A stretch of DNA of 63,496 nt, the filler included, from Licmophora abbreviata (Eukaryota): NCBI GenBank assembly GCA_900291995.1. It is 12 parts of 12 records of this genome, joined end to end, with 100 filler letters (N's around TTAATTAATTAA, not from the genome) between each part and the next. Parts side by side here need not be neighbours in the genome. Positions count along the whole stretch, not along the records: positions 55,168 to 62,145 come from OLMU01000161.1; positions 62,246 to 63,496 come from OLMU01000162.1; 10 more parts are not named here. One strand, given 5' to 3'. The position numbers and the translations under genes were made by a program. Each line of letters begins with the position of its first letter. Within the stretch, counting starts at the first letter, position 1. The notes below the pieces were generated by a model. The model searched no databases, was not told where the DNA came from, and worked only from the letters and a program-made list of their open reading frames with translations. Below, piece by piece: positions 60,748 through 63,496 of this stretch.

Positions 60748-62734
60748 CTACAGTACTTCTGGCGCCGTCTTCTGACGCTTGTCAGCACCCTTATTGTTCG
60801 GGTCCGAAGAGCAGGCGAGAGGCAGGTCAGAGTCATTCTCGGCCTCGGTATCGGAGTTTTCATCAGATTCCCGTTTCCGACGACGTGCGGAGGTGCCCGA
60901 TTCCCAGGAAAAGCCGACAGCATCAAGCATTTCGATCCGATGACCTGATAGGTTTGTAGGATTGCCTTCCTTAGAAAGCTTGTACTGTCTTCTTTGATGC
61001 TGACACCAGGTTCCAAGTCGTGGCCATCCGGATGGTACATCGCAATGCCCGTGTATAGCTTTAAAACCCTCCAGTTCGGCAAGCTTTGTCTCGAACGCGG
61101 CCTCGTGAGAGTCCCAGCAGAAGCCGACGGCATCAAGAGTCTTTGCGCGCTCTTCCGTCATATGAGATGAGATACCTTGATTCATAAGCGAGAAGTGGCG
61201 ACGCTGTTCTTTCACCCATAGAGCCAGCCTCTTGTATCTGCTCACGGCGTGGGGTGGTTGCATGACGCAGAAGGGGAAGTGAGCCGTGTTTGAAACATGC
61301 GCACGTGTGGGCAGCTACTCCTGACGAAACTCTACCTTTCTTCTTTCATGTTAACCTCCGTGTGACCATACTCTTCAATATGCTCCTTGAGGGAGTTGAG
61401 CTGCCGATCCCACGCCGTAGTCTGTGCATTCCAAGCGAAGTCGAGTCGGTTCAACAATTCGATTCTTTCTTCTGTGATACTACTTGGTTTCCCATCTTGG
61501 AGCAGTTTGTATTGCTTCCGCTGCTCAGCAACCCAGGAAGCGAGCCGAGGTGATTCCAGATACCCTCTAGGCACCAGACAATCGCCGATCTTTCTGCTGT
61601 ATTCAACCAGCTGATCATACAGAAGACGCCACCGTGCTCGCTTGAGACTATCGCCTTTGCTGGGGGATCTGGGCTGTCGTGGCTTACGAAGGCTTTTGCC
61701 CGTTGATTTTGTGCTCGTTGCCATCAAGGAGACATTGTCGACTGATGATAATATTGTTGCTACAGGGTTTCTCTCTTGTTCAGGGACCCCCTCATGTTCA
61801 CAACGATGTGCGTCGCGACGTTGACGAACAGCACCGGCAATATGATCCGATGCGCTGGAAGGATCTCTGGCCAGAACAGTCGTTGACGACAACAATCTTG
61901 CCAACTGCAGCGATCGTAACGCGTCGAATTCTTGCGGAGGTGTCGCTAGTGTACTGGCCGCGGCAAGTAATGCCAGAGAAGTCACCGACGGCAACGGGTG
62001 CACTCTTTGGAGGAGAGCAGTCGATAGTAGGTTTCCATTACGCGCCTGGTTGGCGAGTAACAGTGCGCACGCCTGATTTTCTATGAAGAGCGATTCGCCA
62101 GGAGATGCAGCATTATGGACGACCCGGTGGGTGACGATGTCGGCCNNNNNNNNNNNNNNNNNNNNNNNNNNNNNNNNNNNNNNNNNNNNTTAATTAATTA
62201 ANNNNNNNNNNNNNNNNNNNNNNNNNNNNNNNNNNNNNNNNNNNNATGGACGACCCGGTGGGTGACGATGTCGGCCGTATCATGTTGGCTGGGATGTTGA
62301 GCCGCAGCAGAATAGTGTTGGCATCGTCGTTTGACACTCGACGATTTGTTGTCTCCCCACCCAGGCGTACCGGTTGCTAGGTGCTCTTGGTAGGATTGCG
62401 AAAGAGTCGCTTCGAAGTTTGTAATGGGGAGTGGTTCGGTAGCCCTCGCCGCTCTGGCGTATTGTTCGAGCCTCGTGGCTTGGTGGTAGCGCTGCAGCTC
62501 CGCCAAACCAGCCGCAGAAGAGATGTATGAGTTTGCCGCAAGATTTGGAAGACCGAGTGGACCATAGAATGAGGGCGGATGTCCTTGGTGCTGTATTGTC
62601 GGTCGAAGGGATCCCCAAGGGAGACCGCAAAAAGTGTTTGTAGATAGAGACGATGAAGCCGAAGAAGCATTCGTGTCTCCTAAGAGCCGGTCTCTTCGAC
62701 GTTGCGATGCGTCGGAACTGAGGTCCCTGTCCAT
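60748..62734 (-). CDS. Helicase-associated (HA) repeat protein; spans gap 62146-62245; intron 61238-61335
   Basis: Three HA repeats. Removing the 31-bp overlap around the gap gives one continuous frame. Confidence 0.82.
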
Positions 62735-63496
62735 TGACTTAGAATGAAATAGTAGATATCGTTGACCTCCCAGGAAATGCGATGGACTGTAGTTTATTGT
62801 TGCTCTCGTATCATAGCACCCCCTTTCACTGATGGTGTTTTGTGTGGCCTACGTGAACGTTAACGCGCGCCTTTGCCTGCTTTCTTTTACATCTTGTGCT
62901 CGAATCAAGCAAAAATTCAGGCATTCTGTCGTATGCGACAATATATCTAAATACCCTTTGATATTGTCAATTTATGAAAGATCCACACTCTAATATGTTC
63001 ATTACATTCTTCTTGGTACAGCATTATTGTAGAGTCTACGCCTGCTCCGCCAAGGAAAGAATCTTTCCCCTGAGTAGAACTGAATTCTGGATTCTGTGCC
63101 GGTCCGACGCATGCGGTCATTTCAAGAAGTATCATGATGCCCAATTAAAAGCATTACTTAAGCCTAATATGACCAAACACTTTTTGGGACAATAATTAAG
63201 GGAATGATATTATTCAAAGGGGAATATAAGTTAAATGTATGGTCATAGTCTCATGCCATTCTGGTCATTCATCAGGGTCATGAAACGCCCAAATGGGCCC
63301 TATCATCGCCACAAAACCACTCTCACCCGCGATCCATAGGTAACAAGAGTAGCGATCCCTTGAAAAGGAGCTTTACATCTATTGTCCCTGCCATGAAGAT
63401 GACGGAAGACTACTGGAGTGGTACGAGTGTTGCACCTTTCGATCCAGAGGAAGAGGTATGCGATGAACAGTACACCTCGCAATGGGAGAAACAGCT

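Noticed and set aside
3588..62245. Recurrent TTAATTAATTAA palindrome as a biological repeat or CRISPR-like element
   Set aside because: Always centred in N runs; it is an artificial six-frame-stop scaffold linker.
62735..63496. AT-richer terminal region with short ORFs and an open frame from about 63393 to the window end
   Set aside because: Too little sequence to call a gene or mobile element.

Overview
Gene-dense nuclear scaffold from a photosynthetic stramenopile, very probably a diatom. The evidence is short GT-AG introns, bipartite ASAFAP-type plastid presequences, an Lhcz antenna gene and helicase-associated (HA) repeat proteins. About 34 protein-coding genes lie on 12 contigs joined by artificial 100-nt linkers (44 N, TTAATTAATTAA, 44 N). 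Recognisable genes: UNG, Lhcz, an AKR7-like fragment, ADA2, an ERCC6L2-like SNF2, ETF-beta, PITH, plastid glutaredoxin, an EEP nuclease/phosphatase, a thermospermine-synthase-like enzyme, MBD4, three J-domain paralogues, mL54, DcpS, Whirly, an SGF29-like Tudor protein, XRN1, GGPPS, a sulfotransferase, ORC2, MAPEG, plastid RecA, an AAA ATPase, HSP60, a SWIB protein, CNOT10 and two HA proteins. No rRNA, tRNA, CRISPR or clear transposon was seen. The best leads are: (1) an orphan ORF with REC114/PHS1-like motifs (meiotic break factor); (2) a local expansion of a CDJ2/DJC73-like plastid J-protein, one copy of which has gained a long disordered tail of FWSxY aromatic repeats; (3) a SAP30 Sin3-binding-like domain fused to SGF29 tandem Tudor; (4) a Whirly protein in a stramenopile; (5) a strongly base-paired HSP60 intron. 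An Ion Torrent trP1 adapter at one contig end suggests the apparent frameshifts are sequencing errors. All family calls come from remembered motifs, not from database searches.
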